A stretch of 64,000 nt of DNA. Source: an uncultured Verrucomicrobiae bacterium. Lineage in GTDB: Bacteria > Verrucomicrobiota > Verrucomicrobiia > Limisphaerales > BOG-1460. A program made the translations under genes and the position numbers. This document shows positions 23,370 to 33,532 of this stretch, piece after piece. The stretch spans positions 200,515-264,514 of the forward strand of contig CAVXEG010000017.1 of assembly GCA_963760675.1 (NCBI GenBank), in the 5' to 3' direction. Numbering within the stretch: the stretch's first letter is position 1; each line of letters begins with the position of its first letter. The notes beneath the pieces were generated by a model. That model searched no databases, was not told where the DNA came from, and saw only the letters and a program-made list of their open reading frames with translations.

Positions 23370-23459
23370 GGGAAGTGATCCAGCCCGCGGCCTGTAAATC
23401 CGCAGTCACAAAACAGCGCTGGAAGATGACGACTGGAGCGTTACCAGCACTTCCCACCA
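23370..23459 (+). tRNA. tRNA-Tyr(GTA)-like, class II (long variable arm), T-loop AGCGTTA
   Basis: Acceptor gggaagt/acttccc. Loop ctGTAaa. 90 nt. CCA 23457-23459. Confidence 0.5.
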
Positions 23460-23571
23460 ACCTTCGCTCGAAGCTTCAGCAAGAGCGAGGTTGCCGCGCC
23501 ATGGCGAAGCGAAGGCGGGCGCAGCTCGTCAAAATGCAAAAACTTCGAGCTTCGTCTCGGCGGCCATTTCT

Positions 23572-23647
23572 GGATCCGTAGCTCAATCAGCAGAGCGCCC
23601 CGTTGTCTGCGGGAGGGTTAAGGGTGCAATTCCCTTCGGGTCCGCCA
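23572..23647 (+). tRNA. tRNA-Asp(GTC)-like, D-loop AATCAGCA, T-loop TGCAATT
   Basis: Clean cloverleaf: ggatccg ta gctc..gagc, anticodon loop ttGTCtg, aaggg-tgcaatt-ccctt, cgggtcc g CCA. Confidence 0.6.
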
Positions 23648-23648
23648 T

Positions 23649-23723
23649 CAGCGCGTAGTGTAGAAGCAACATGCTCGGCTTGGGACCGAGCGATCGCAGG
23701 TGCAAATCCTGCCGCGCTGACCA
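23649..23723 (+). tRNA. tRNA-Pro(TGG)-like, T-loop TGCAAAT
   Basis: cagcgcg ta gtgt..acat g ctcgg cTTGGga ccgag .. gcagg tgcaaat cctgc cgcgctg a CCA. Confidence 0.6.
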
Positions 23724-23798
23724 ATTCAATTGGTTCTTTCTCCGGTGCAGCAGGCCCGCCAGTTCTGCGGTGCCTCGCATCGTTGCAGACGGGAGTTG

Positions 23799-26295
23799 CT
23801 ACTGCAATTTCCATTCGAGAATACCCCCGGAGAAGCGAGGCCTGAGTTGGACTTCGAGCCGCAGAGCCGTCGTTTCAATCGCATCAAACTCGACACGATT
23901 GAAACAATTCAAGAGCACACCGAATTCGCCACGCGGACTGACAGGTCTCCATTCGTCGCCGTCTCTGTAAAGCAGCCGCCACGAGTCGGGCACACGGCAA
24001 CTGCCGATGCCAGTATCGTCAAACCAATAAACGCTGACGGCTGCGACGCGTTTCGGAGAGTCGAAATCATATTGTGCCCATTCGGCAGTGCCGCGATGAT
24101 CCCACCAGGTGAGGCGAGGAATGTCTTGGTCGTTGGAACTGGCGGGGTCGAGCCCGTCGCACATGGCATTCACCGTATCATTCTCAAAACAATGCGAAGC
24201 GGTGGGCTTGTACGCGGCTGGCCTCGGCTGAGGCGTGACGACCCACTCGTGCGCTTCGGCAGTGGTGCTGACTGTGGGGAAGCACGAAATGCGGAGACGC
24301 GCCGCGCCCATCGGAATGAGCGTGATGTGCTCGACCGGCTCGTCGGATTTCGCCGGACTTGGCTGAAGTTTGCCGACCGCGTGCTGAGGCGGTCCAGCCT
24401 GCCATTGCGGGATCTTGCGCGCTTTGCGCCTTGATGCGATCGGTGCGGTGTCCGGCGTGAACGGTTGCGGCGGCAGGGGGCCGCTCCGGCGGCTGACGCT
24501 AAAGGATTTCGCCGGGTCACGCGCGTCGAGCACAAGACCGTAGTTCCAGGGCGAGTCAGGAAAAACTTCCCACTCAGGCCAGTTGGCGATTCGGTCGCCG
24601 TATTTCTGCCAGCGTTCCTTGATCGCCAGCGAGAAGCTCAGCGGGCCATAGTCCACGGACACGGCGTCTTTATTCTTTGCCCAGACGCGGACGGAGAACT
24701 TCATCGGCAATTGCAGTTCAATAGTATCATCGTTTTTCCAATCGCGGTTGACCACGATGAATGAGAGCGGCTTTGGTTTTCACTTCGCTGCTCTGGCCGT
24801 TGATCTTGACGATGCGGCATCTCGCACCAGCGCGGCACGCGCAGGTAGAGCGGGAAGGTCGACCGCTTTGGGCATGGCGAGCTTGAACGCGATCGTGTCG
24901 CTGAACGGATAATCGGTTTCTTCGGTGATCTTCACCGGCGTGCCGTCGCCGACCTTCGCGCTGACTTCGCTGGCGGCGTAGAGCGAGGCGCACAGGCCGT
25001 TGTCGGCCGTGGCCAGCCAGAGTTCCTCGGCGTAGTACGGCCAGCCGTGCGAGACGTTGTGCTGGCAGCAGCGATAGACCTCGAACGGGCTGTAGGAGAA
25101 CATCGTGCCGCCGTTCTGCGACTGCCGGGCGCTTTGTTGTCTCGGTCGAGTTGGACCTGGTTGGCGCAGGTCAGGTAGTGCAGGCCCTTCTGGTCCGGCG
25201 TCATGCGCGGCGGGGAAAGTGTTGAACGCGATCTCCTCGCAGCGGTCGGCCCAGAGCGGGTTGCCGGAGATCTTCGTCAGCATCTCGAAGCTGTGCATGA
25301 ACTCGACGATGCCGCAGGTCTCGAATGCCGCCGCGCGGGTCGGCGTAAGCCGGGCCGGCAATTCTCGTCGCCGGCGAAGCCGCCGCCGGGGAACTGGCCG
25401 TAGAGGTCCATGACCTGTCTGGTAATTGCTGCTCCGCGGAATCGAGGTCTCCGGCTTCGTGCGACTGCAGCCAATAGACCGCGCCGGTCGCGGAAGCCCT
25501 GGGCGATGTTCACGTTGTGCCAGTTGATGCACGCCCGTGGTCCCAGCGCTGCCATGTTCTCGTGGATCTTCTGCGCCAGCTCGAGCAGCCATGCTTCGCC
25601 GGTGCGGTTGTAGAGCCAGTAGACGCTTTCGATGTTGTCGCCGGCGCGAATCTTCGGCCAGTAGCCCTCGCCGAATGCGCTCGGCCGGGAGCTGCGTTCT
25701 CCCACTTGAAGTATCGCGTCATCAGGTCGAGCACGCGCGGGTCGCCGCTGAATTCGTAATAGGACTGCAGCACGTTCAGCATGACCATGTGCGGCCAGAG
25801 GTCGGGCTTGCCGTTGCAAGCGAAGTCAGCAGGTCGCGCGGGCCGAACCAGCCGTCCGCGCGCTGGGTGGCGAGCATCGGCTTCGATCCATTCTTCGCTT
25901 CGGCGATGATCGCCTCGTCCTTGCAGCACGTAGCCGAGGTCGCCGTAGCCTTTGAGCCAGTAAGGCAGTTCCTCCCAGCCGCGTTCGCCCTTGCCTTGCT
26001 TGTTGGCCCAGGCGCTGCCCTCGAAATTGAGCCAGGGCGAAATCTCCTTCAGCCGGCCGGTCATGCCGTCGCGCTCCAGCTCGAGCTGATGCCGCAGCCA
26101 GCCGCGCGGCGTGATGCTGCCGATGGGCAGTTTCACGAACGGACTGGGTTCGAGCGGCGCGCGGTTGCTGACGTAGAAAGCGTTTGACGCGTTCACAGGC
26201 GGTCCGTCCACAACGCTCAGTTGCATTTGCGCGGTCGTGTATTGCGCGTTGCAGGCCAAAACCAAAATTCCGTAAAGCAGGGGAAGCCTGTTCAT
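23799..26295 (-). CDS. Glycoside hydrolase family 127 (DUF1680, beta-L-arabinofuranosidase-like), multiple frame changes
   Basis: Signal peptide MNRLPLLYGILVLACNA at 26295. Fragments in ORFs 25510..26304, 25277..25819, 24780..25592, 23799..24755 (YRCCQHNVSHGWPYY, VSVYWFDDTGIGSCRVP). Confidence 0.6.
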
Positions 26296-26329
26296 GGCCT
26301 TCAAATTCTTCTATTTCGCAGGCATGTAC

Positions 26330-28605
26330 GTTGACGATGCCGACGTCAATGTATTGCCCGCCAGTCGTTTGGTGGCAGTGAACGGCGAGGACGTTATTCG
26401 TCGGCTGAAGCGCGGCGCTGGCTTCTGGGCTCATCGGCACCTCTTCGTATTCCGTGCTGTAACCGCCTACTTGAGCGGCGAGCGCACCGTTCACGTAGAT
26501 TTCCGCGTCTTCGTCATGGTGCAAACGCAACTGGAGTTGTCCATCGGCGGGCCGTGCGGCGTTGCAGATGCGGCGCAGCCAAATGTCGGACGTGTTCCAG
26601 ATCGTCCCGACATGCGCGCCGGGCGTGCCGCGGCTGCCGAAGCCAGCCGGACTATCGTGCCAGCCGCTGTCATCGAAGCCGGGCTTGAACCAGTCGTCAC
26701 CTGGTTTGATCGTTGTGTAGCGCCAGATGAAGGTTTCGTTCTCGGAGGTGGGCACGACGGATCTAATCACGGGTGCCGGAGGTGGCGCGGTGTAGAGACG
26801 CTTTGCCGCCGTGATGGCGAGCGGGTCCATTTTCACAAGCGCGCGGTCGTAAGTCATGAGGCCATTGACCTCGACTTCGACGTCCGTGGTTGGGTGTAAA
26901 CGGCGGCGGCCAGTCCGCGCGTGCCGGTCAACGGATGGAGCTTGCCGAGCAAATCGACGTAAGCGTCGGTGAGATCGGCGTTGTTGGTGAAGCTGCGATA
27001 ACCCCAGTTCTTCTCGTCCTGCCAGGTGTGCCCGCGAACGGGCAGGCCGAGCCCGCCGAATTCGCCCAGCACACCAGCGCGATTCCTTCCGGCGCGGGGG
27101 CGCCGGGACCGGGATAATTGTGGATGTCCATCACGTCGCCGGAACCGCGATCGGTCCAGCCGCTGGCGTCATCCACCAGCCGCGTGGGATCGAGTTGCTT
27201 GATGAGCTCGGCTAGCGCGGCGTTTCGTACTGGCCCCAGCCTTCGTTGAACGGCACCCACATGACGATGCATGGGTGATTGCAGCGTCCATTGATGAGCG
27301 CCTTGAGTTCCTGCTCATACTCCGCGGACGCGTCGTCGAGCGGCGGCGGTCAGTGCGGTTTCGCCGAAATTACCGCTGGGCATGTCCTGCCAGACGAGCA
27401 GGCCGAGCTTGTCGCACCAGTAATACCAGCGATCCGGCTCAACCTTCACGTGCTTGCGCGCCATGTTGAAGCCGAGCTTCTTCGTCATCTCGATGTCGTA
27501 GCGCAGGGCTTCGTCCGTGGGCGCCGTGTAAAGGCCGTCCGGCCAGAAGCCCTGATCGAGCGGGCCGAATTGGAAGAGGGCTTGTTATTCAGACACAGGC
27601 GGTGAAGCCCTCCTCGTCTTTGCCCAGGGAGATTTTGCGCATGCCGAAGTAGCTCGACTTCGTCGCGCAGCCTCCTTTGTCGTCAAAGACTTGACCAAGA
27701 GGTCATAGAGAAATGGCGAGTCCGGCGACCAGAGCTTTGCTGTGCCAACTCGAGTGTGACCTCGCCAGGAAATTTCGTGCCAGCGGCGGAAGCACGGTCG
27801 TATCGTACGCAAAATGACCTAGAACTCTTCTTGGATTTACCTTCGAGGATCGACACTTTTGCCTCAAACAGATTGTTGTCTTTGCCGGTTACGAGCGTGA
27901 AAGCCACCTTCACGGTGAATTCTCCAAGTCTGGTGTAATTCTGATATTCTCGACGTGCGCGTCGTCACCGGCTCCAACCACACCGTCTGCCAAATCCCGC
28001 TGGTGGGCGTGTACCAAATGCCGTCGGGCTTCCGCACCGCTTGCCGCGCGGTTGAGGGCCGGCGTCGCTCGGATCGAACACCGCCACGACGATTTCCTGT
28101 TCGCCCGAGGGCTTGAGCGCGTCGGTGATGTCGAAGCTGAAGCCATCGTAGCCGCCCTGATGCGAGCCGAGCTCCTTGCCGTTCACCCAGACCGTCGTTT
28201 CCCAATCCACGGCGCCGAAGTTCAGCAACACGCCTGGTTGCGCCAGCCACGCGCAATCGTGAACGTGCGCCGATACCAGAGCCGGTTCGTTTCGTACACC
28301 CGCTTCATCACGCCGGACAACGCGGACTCGATCGGGAACGGCACCAGGATTTGTCCATCCCAAGTCGCCGGTTGCGGGGCGTCTTTGCCGGTGATGGCGT
28401 ACTCCCACAGCCCGTTCAGATTCTGCCAATCCTCGCGGACCATTTGCGGCCGCGGGTATTCGGGATGGGCGTTTTTAGGTGAAACGTCCTTGGCCCAGCG
28501 CGTCATCAGCGGTCCTTTGGCGGGCTGCCAGTCTGCCGCAATAGACACCAAGGTGATGCTTGCTAATGCAATGGCAGCCAGGCACAGCCTTGAGCATTTG
28601 ACCAT
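26330..28605 (-). CDS. Glycoside hydrolase family 2 (beta-galactosidase/glucuronidase-like) with extra C-terminal sugar-binding-like domain, multiple frame changes
   Basis: Signal peptide [91 protein letters not shown] and DIHNYPGP, scattered over ORFs 28222..28701, 27965..28429, 26928..27272 and 25826..26857. Confidence 0.55.
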
Positions 28606-28733
28606 AGAGTCTTCATTGTCTATGCGTCCGTATCCGGCCTGCAAGCACTGATTCCATGTGAACCGTCTCAACTTACTCTGCTTCCTTGGTGCCACGGCCA
28701 AAGCGAAAACACAGGTCTATGATCATATCAAAT

Positions 28734-28810
28734 TGCTGCCGTGGTCGAATACATCAGGCATCCGCCTTCTAAGCGGAACGATGCAGGTGAAAATCCTGCC
28801 GGCAGGCGCC
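28734..28810 (+). tRNA. tRNA-like unit (T-arm gcagg-tgaaaat-cctgc, ends cgCCA), cloverleaf not fully resolved
   Basis: Abuts tRNA-Asn-like unit. Acceptor pairing imperfect. Confidence 0.3.
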
Positions 28811-28812
28811 AT

Positions 28813-28887
28813 TGCCAGGTAGTGTCAAAGTAGCACGGCGGCCTGTTAAGCCGTTCGGTGTTGGTGCGAGTCCAACCCTGGCAGCCA
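28813..28887 (+). tRNA. tRNA-Asn(GTT)-like, D-loop CAAAGTA, T-loop TGCGAGT
   Basis: tgccagg ta gtgt..gcac g gcggc ctGTTaa gccgt tcggt gttgg tgcgagt ccaac cctggca g CCA. Confidence 0.6.
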
Positions 28888-28891
28888 ATTT

Positions 28892-28967
28892 CAGGGTGTA
28901 ATGTCAGCAGCAGACGGCCTTGTTCGGAACGAGGAGGTCGCAGGTGCAACTCCTGCCACCCTGACCA
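28892..28967 (+). tRNA. tRNA-Pro(CGG)-like, T-loop TGCAACT
   Basis: Acceptor cagggtg/caccctg. Anticodon arm ccttg-ttCGGaa-cgagg. CCA 28965-28967. Confidence 0.55.
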
Positions 28968-28971
28968 TTTC

Positions 28972-29058
28972 GGATGGTTGGCAGAGCAGTAATGCCCCGG
29001 TCCCGAAAACCGAGTGAGCCTCCGGGCTGCGTGGGTGCAATCCCTACACCATCCGCCA
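28972..29058 (+). tRNA. tRNA-Ser(CGA)-like, class II with long variable arm (gagcc..gggctg), T-loop TGCAATC
   Basis: 87 nt. Acceptor ggatggt/accatcc. Loop ccCGAaa. Discriminator G, CCA. Confidence 0.55.
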
Positions 29059-29223
29059 CTTTTAAACCCTTAACGAAAGGAAATCCCATGAAGCCCATTC
29101 TCCGTTATCAAAGCCAATTGCTCTTTCGCCGGAGCTACAAACCAAATCGGTGATGCGAATCCGACCGTGACGTCGAACCTCGTGTTCCGCCCGGCCGATT
29201 CGGCGCGAAGCCGCAATTCAAAC

Positions 29224-29297
29224 TGTCTCGTAGCTCAAAAGCAGAGCATCCGGCTGATAACCGGAAGACCGCGGAGCGTTACCGCGCGGGACAACCA
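29224..29297 (+). tRNA. tRNA-Ile(GAT)-like, D-loop AAAAGCA, T-loop AGCGTTA
   Basis: tgtctcg ta gctc aaaagca gagc a tccgg ctGATaa ccgga agac cgcgg agcgtta ccgcg cgggaca a CCA. Confidence 0.6.
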
Positions 29298-29299
29298 AT

Positions 29300-29374
29300 C
29301 CCCGAGTAGCTGAGACAGATTAGCGCCTCCCTGAAGCCGAGGAGACGTTGGCGCGATACCAACCTCGGGGACCA
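29300..29374 (+). tRNA. tRNA-Phe(GAA)-like, T-loop CGCGATA
   Basis: Acceptor ccccgag/ctcgggg. Loop ctGAAgc. T-arm gttgg-cgcgata-ccaac. Confidence 0.5.
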
Positions 29375-29412
29375 CTCAAAACCCATCCCGCTTGGCGGGC
29401 ACAAAAGGAAAC

Positions 29413-30564
29413 ATGAACACCTTGACTGAAACTCAGGTGCGCCTTTTCGCCTCGGCCCAAAGCTGGATCGAAGGCGAAGCGGTGCGCCAACTCTATGCCA
29501 CCGCGAAACTCGACGGCGTCCGCCGCGCGGTCGGCTTCCCGGATTTGCATCCGGGCAAAGGCTCGCCCGTCGGTGCGGCGTTCGTGACCGAAGGCGTGAT
29601 CTACCCGCACCTCATCGGCGGCGACATCGGTTGCGGCATGGCGTTGTTCAAGACGGACCTCGTCCGTCGCGACGCCAAGCTCGATCGCTGGGCCAAGCTG
29701 CAGTTCAACCTCGAACACCCGTGGGATCAGTTCGTCAGCGACTTCCTCGCTGAACACGATCTCGAATCCACGGAGTTCGATTCGGCGCTCGGCACGATCG
29801 GCGGTGGCAATCACTTCGCCGAATTGCAGACGGTCGAGAAGGTGCTCGACGCCGACGAGTTCAAGAAACTTGGACCTCGGCAAGCAGCAACTCGTCGTGC
29901 TCGTTCACAGCGGCTCGCGTGGATTGGGTGAATCCATCCTGCGGGCTCATGTGGATCAGCACTTCGGCAACGGAGTCGAAGCGGATTCGTTCGCGGCGGA
30001 GGAATATCTCCGCGGTCACGACTTCGCAGTCCGCTGGGCCAAGGCAAATCGCGAACTCATCGCGCGTCGCTTCGTTGCGACGCTCGGTGCGGAAGCCGAA
30101 TGCCTCTGGGACGGCTGCCACAACAGCATCACCCGCCATGGAAGCTGGTTGGATTCACCGCAAAGGTGCAGTTGCTGCCGACGGTGACTTCGTCGTGATC
30201 CCGGGTTCACGCGGCTCGTTGAGCTATCTCGTGAAGCCGATCGGCGATGGCGAAAGTCACGCCTGGTCGCTGGCCCACGGTGCGGGTCGCAAGTGGGCGC
30301 GCAGCGATGCTCGTCAGCGCATGCGCGAACGCTTCGGCATGCACCAATTGGTGCAGACGCCGCTCGGCGGCCGCGTGATCTGCGAAGAGCGCGACTTGCT
30401 CTACGAAGAAGCACCCGCCGCCTACAAAAACATTGAGGCAGTGATCGCAGGACCTCGTTGCTGCCGGACTCGTGTCCGTCATCGCGACGTTGCGACCACT
30501 CCTCACTTACAAGACGCGCAAAGCTTCGCCGCTAACGCGTCCATCATCGCCACGGAGGAACTGA
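29413..30564 (+). CDS. rtcB: RtcB-family RNA 3'-phosphate/5'-OH ligase (short form, ~380 aa), spread over 3-4 frames
   Basis: PDLHPGKGSPVGA, GGDIGCGM, GTIGGGNHF, LVHSGSRGLG, HRKGA, IPGSRG, HGAGR. C-terminus QDLVAAGLVSVIATLRPLLTYKTR in a shifted frame. RBS aaaaggaaac before the ATG. Confidence 0.7.
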
Positions 30565-30633
30565 GTCCACAGAGTTAAGGTCTGCCCGCGAGCAGCGACT
30601 CTGGGTTCTCATCCTCTGCGGCAACCATTTTCT

Positions 30634-30711
30634 GTCCGTGAATGCAAAGCAGCTCGAGCAGCCGGTCTTTCAAGCCGGGCCTAGTCGGTGCGAGTCCGAT
30701 CACGGATGCCA
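30634..30711 (+). tRNA. tRNA-Glu(TTC)-like, T-loop TGCGAGT
   Basis: Acceptor gtccgtg/cacggat. Anticodon arm ccggt-ctTTCaa-gccgg. CCA 30709-30711. Confidence 0.5.
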
Positions 30712-30715
30712 TTTT

Positions 30716-30793
30716 GCTCTCAAGGTGTAATTAGTTCTGCACGCCGCTCTGCGAAGGCGGAGGTTCGTGGTGCAAATCCACGTGAGAGCGCCA
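30716..30793 (+). tRNA. tRNA-like unit, anticodon unresolved. T-loop TGCAAAT.
   Basis: Acceptor gctctca/tgagagc. D-arm gtgt..gcac. CCA 30791-30793 then GTTTC. Confidence 0.4.
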
Positions 30794-30801
30794 GTTTCAA
30801 A

Positions 30802-30877
30802 GCCCCCGTGCCTCAGCAGCTACAGGGCGAGTTTCGTAAACTCGTATTCGTCGGTGCGAGTCCGACCAGGGGCTCCA
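30802..30877 (+). tRNA. tRNA-Thr(CGT)-like, T-loop TGCGAGT
   Basis: Anticodon arm cgagt-ttCGTaa-actcg. T-arm gtcgg-tgcgagt-ccgac. CCA 30875-30877. Confidence 0.5.
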
Positions 30878-31246
30878 GTTTCAAATGGTGATCATGATGT
30901 AACAGCAGCATCACGCCCCGTGAAGGCGTTTGTGCCGGTGCGAATCCGGTTGGTCCTGCCCAATTTCAGAATTTGAATCAGCCAGCAGCCACTCCGGCAG
31001 TTCGCCGGAACGGTTCTGCGCATGAGCTGGTTCAATCGCGGTTCGAATCCGCACGTTGGCTGATAACCAACTCCATTGGCTGGAGACGGGAGAAATCCCA
31101 CCACGGTTCGGGGCAGCGAGACCGGCGCGCAAGCGCAGCCCGAAGGCGGCTTTGTGAGAATTGCGCTGAGCGATTCTCCCGCCGCCGGACGGTGGTCTGC
31201 TGCTCTCGGGCTTTCAATTTTCAACCAGCAAGAAAGGAGAACACTA

Positions 31247-32030
31247 TGAACTACGAAATCATCATCATCGCAATCGGCATCGCCATCTATCGGCATCGTC
31301 ATCGGTCTGCCGCAGTCTGCTTCAGAATTCCGCCGCGCGTTCCTCGTGCCGGAAGGTTACGCCGGCCTGCTCTACCACAAGGGCAAGTTCGTCGGAAGTC
31401 CTCCGCGCTGGCCGACACATCCGCTGGGGTCGCCACTTCACGCTCGACGTGCAGGACCTCCGCAAGACGTCGCTGCTCGTGGCCGGTCAGGAAGTCCTCA
31501 CGGCTGACAACGTCGGCCTCAAGATCAGCCTGCTCGTCACCTACCAGGTGACCGACCCGGTCAAGGCTGCGCACGAAACGCAGAACTGGCAGGGCGACCT
31601 CTACAACGCCGCCCAGCTCGCGCTGCGCGCGGTCGTGGGCGGGGTCGCCGTCGAAGCGCTGCTCGGTCAGCGACTCGAAATCGGCGCGCAACTGCTGGCC
31701 CGCGTGCAGCCGGAAGCCGCCAAGATCGGCATCAACGTCCTCGCGGTCGAAGTGAAGGACGTGATGTTCCCGGCCGACCTCAAGCGCGCCTTCGCCGACG
31801 TGCTGAAGGCGAAGCAGGAAGGCCAGGCCGCGCTCGAACGCGCCCGCGGCGAAAGCGCCTCGCTGCGCAATCTCGCCAACGCGGCTCGTGTGCTGGAAGG
31901 CAATCCGGCGTTGATGAACCTGCGTCTGATGCAGTCGCTCTCGGCTGCGCAGAACGCGGGCAACACGCTCGTGCTCGGCATGCCCGGCGGCTTCGTGCCG
32001 TTGAAGAACGGCAAGCCAAGTTCGCCTGAA
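31247..32030 (+). CDS. SPFH/Band-7 (stomatin/prohibitin/HflC-like) membrane protein, N-terminal region in 3 frames
   Basis: TM N-terminus MNYEIIIIAIGIAIY. EFRRAFLVPEGYAGLLYHKGKFV. SPFH core in ORF 31449.. (LVAGQEVLTADNVGLKISLLVTYQV ... LAVEVKDVMFPADLKRAFADVLKAKQEGQAALERARGE). RBS aaaggaga. Confidence 0.6.
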
Positions 32031-32062
32031 CACAGGCCGAGGACGGAGCAAGTTAAACAACG

Positions 32063-32090
32063 CGGGCGGAGGCGAAAGCTTCCGCCCGCA
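32063..32090 (+). terminator. Hairpin gcgggcggaggcgaaagcttccgcccgc. Identical second copy at 32833-32863.
   Basis: Perfect 10-bp GC stem. The apparent in-frame read-through of the Band7 ORF across it has low GC3 and is treated as non-coding. Confidence 0.45.
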
Positions 32091-32147
32091 CTTTACAACG
32101 AATATTCAAACAACAAGAAACATGAAACCAATTACTTGAGAACAGTT

Positions 32148-32772
32148 ATGAAAAAAAATCAAGGCAAGGCCTCCGCCGATTTCCGTGTGGAGGTCCGGTC
32201 TTGGGGAAACTACGTCGAGCGAATCGCCGAGCTTGAAGCGAGCGCTCGCGAAGAAACCCACGAACGCTTCAAATCGAAATCGTCGGTGACGGGTGAAATC
32301 CCGGCGGACAGCGGCGTTGCGATTCCGCTCGGCATTGATGGAACGCTCACCGAGGACGCGGATTGTCACCAACGCGCGTTCCAGCCTGCAAGGCGGCTCG
32401 GTGCTGCTCTGGTTGCTGGGCGACACCGGACATTCGCGACGACGCGCGGCTCTATTTCCGTCGCACCACGTTGTCCGAGGACGACGAGGTGCCGGAGAAT
32501 GGAGCTGGGAGGACGACGAACCGAAGTATCGGGATTCGTATTCCGCGATTGATCCGGACGAAGGCGATTACGCGCGAGTGCTGCAACTCATCAATGAGTT
32601 CCTGCCGGTCAAGGAAATGGCCGGGCGACTCATCGGTGTGCCGGTGCTGCGGCAATTCGGTCTCATCGAAAACGAGAAGGTGGACAGTTTCCTGGCCACT
32701 GTGCTTTCGAAAAGCTCAGAGCCGAGCGAACGCCGTGAACGCAACGAATCAACAGCGTGTTGCGACGCGTGA
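32148..32772 (+). CDS. Hypothetical protein (~205 aa), frame change near 32400
   Basis: MKKNQGKASADFRVEVRSWGNYVERIAELEASAREE... continues in ORF 32293..32772 (EDDEPKYRDSYSAIDPDEGDYARVLQLINEFLPVKEMAGRLIGVPVLRQFGLIEN). Flanked by identical hairpins. Confidence 0.4.
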
Positions 32773-32832
32773 AAGCCCGCGCACGACAGATCGCAGATAA
32801 TCAGTTCAAGGACGCCAAGAGGCAGACAACAG

Positions 32833-32863
32833 TGCGGGCGGAGGCGAAAGCTTCCGCCCGCAC
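32833..32863 (+). terminator. Second copy of hairpin gtgcgggcggaggcgaaagcttccgcccgcac, followed by TTCAATTTC
   Basis: Identical to 32063-32090. Confidence 0.45.
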
Positions 32864-32874
32864 TTCAATTTCAT

Positions 32875-32949
32875 ATCCCGTTGGCCGAGCAGCTCAGGCG
32901 GCGGCCTGCAAAGCCGCAGAGGCTGGTGCGATTCCAGCACGGGATTCCA
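32875..32949 (+). tRNA. tRNA-Cys(GCA)-like, T-loop TGCGATT
   Basis: atcccgt tg .. gcggc ctGCAaa gccgc agag gctgg tgcgatt ccagc acgggat t CCA. Confidence 0.6.
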
Positions 32950-32955
32950 TTTCTT

Positions 32956-33030
32956 CGGGCATAGGTGTTGAGAGACACACGCCGGTCTTCCAAACCGGAG
33001 TACAGGGCGCGCTACCCTCATGCCCGTCCA
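32956..33030 (+). tRNA. tRNA-Gly(TCC)-like, T-loop CGCGCTA
   Basis: Acceptor cgggcat/atgcccg. D-stem gtgt/acac. Anticodon arm ccggt-ctTCCaa-accgg. Confidence 0.55.
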
Positions 33031-33032
33031 TT

Positions 33033-33117
33033 TCCCAAGTGAATCGGGTGCGTCGGCAGAGACCCCGCACGGTCGAAGTAATGGCCGGACACCCGATTCG
33101 GTGCGCTTGGGATTCCA
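33033..33117 (+). tRNA. tRNA-like unit, unresolved (85 nt)
   Basis: Ends ttgggat t CCA tttt. Internal pairing ambiguous. Confidence 0.3.
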
Positions 33118-33126
33118 TTTTCCGCG

Positions 33127-33199
33127 ACGCGAAATCCCGGTGTCGATCAGAACTTCACAGATCTGGCCGCGGTGGTTCAACTCCGCCTTCGTGTCGCGC
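33127..33199 (+). tRNA. tRNA-like unit with a canonical T-arm (ggtgg-TTCAACT-ccgcc) and no encoded CCA. The exception in the array.
   Basis: Acceptor acgcgaa/ttcgtgt. Anticodon arm unresolved. Confidence 0.3.
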
Positions 33200-33201
33200 T
33201 T

Positions 33202-33276
33202 GGGTTGCAAACTTTGACAGTGAAGTCCCGGCTCTTAACCGGCGAGAACTCGGTGCGAATCCGAGGCAACCCACCA
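33202..33276 (+). tRNA. tRNA-Lys(CTT)-like, T-loop TGCGAAT
   Basis: Acceptor gggttgc/gcaaccc. D-stem actt/aagt. Loop ctCTTaa. T-arm ctcgg-tgcgaat-ccgag. Confidence 0.55.
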
Positions 33277-33281
33277 TTTCC

Positions 33282-33357
33282 GCATCCGTGGTGAAATTAT
33301 TATCATCCTCCGCTTCGAACGGAGAGTTTGCAGGTGGGAGTCCTGCCGGATGCACCA
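33282..33357 (+). tRNA. tRNA-Arg(TCG)-like, T-loop TGGGAGT. Same anticodon as the host tRNA at the island boundary.
   Basis: gcatccg tg gtga..tcat c ctccg ctTCGaa cggag agttt gcagg tgggagt cctgc cggatgc a CCA. Confidence 0.55.
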
Positions 33358-33363
33358 ATTTAC

Positions 33364-33445
33364 GGGCATGTGGTTAACCCAATAGCAGAGGGTCCAGACT
33401 CAGAATCTGGCAGCCTTGGGGGTGCAAGTCCCTTCACGCCCACCA
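33364..33445 (+). tRNA. tRNA-like, anticodon loop ctCAGaa (Leu CAG-like), 82 nt
   Basis: Anticodon arm ccaga-ctcagaa-tctgg. T-loop TGCAAGT. Acceptor with one mismatch. Confidence 0.4.
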
Positions 33446-33449
33446 TTTC

Positions 33450-33532
33450 GCCCACGTGGCTCCAACGGAACAGCAGACCCGGCGCACTTAAAACGCGCAC
33501 AGTTCGGGTGCAAGTCCGACCGTGGGCACCGA
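33450..33532 (+). tRNA. tRNA-like, anticodon unresolved (possible TAA). Ends in CCG rather than CCA.
   Basis: Acceptor gcccacg/cgtgggc. T-loop TGCAAGT. Confidence 0.3.

Noticed and set aside
31449-32552. Apparent 367-aa fusion of the Band7 frame with the downstream gene
   Set aside because: The connecting segment (32000-32150) has low GC3, low-complexity translation and contains the terminator hairpin. Treated as intergenic read-through in frame by chance.
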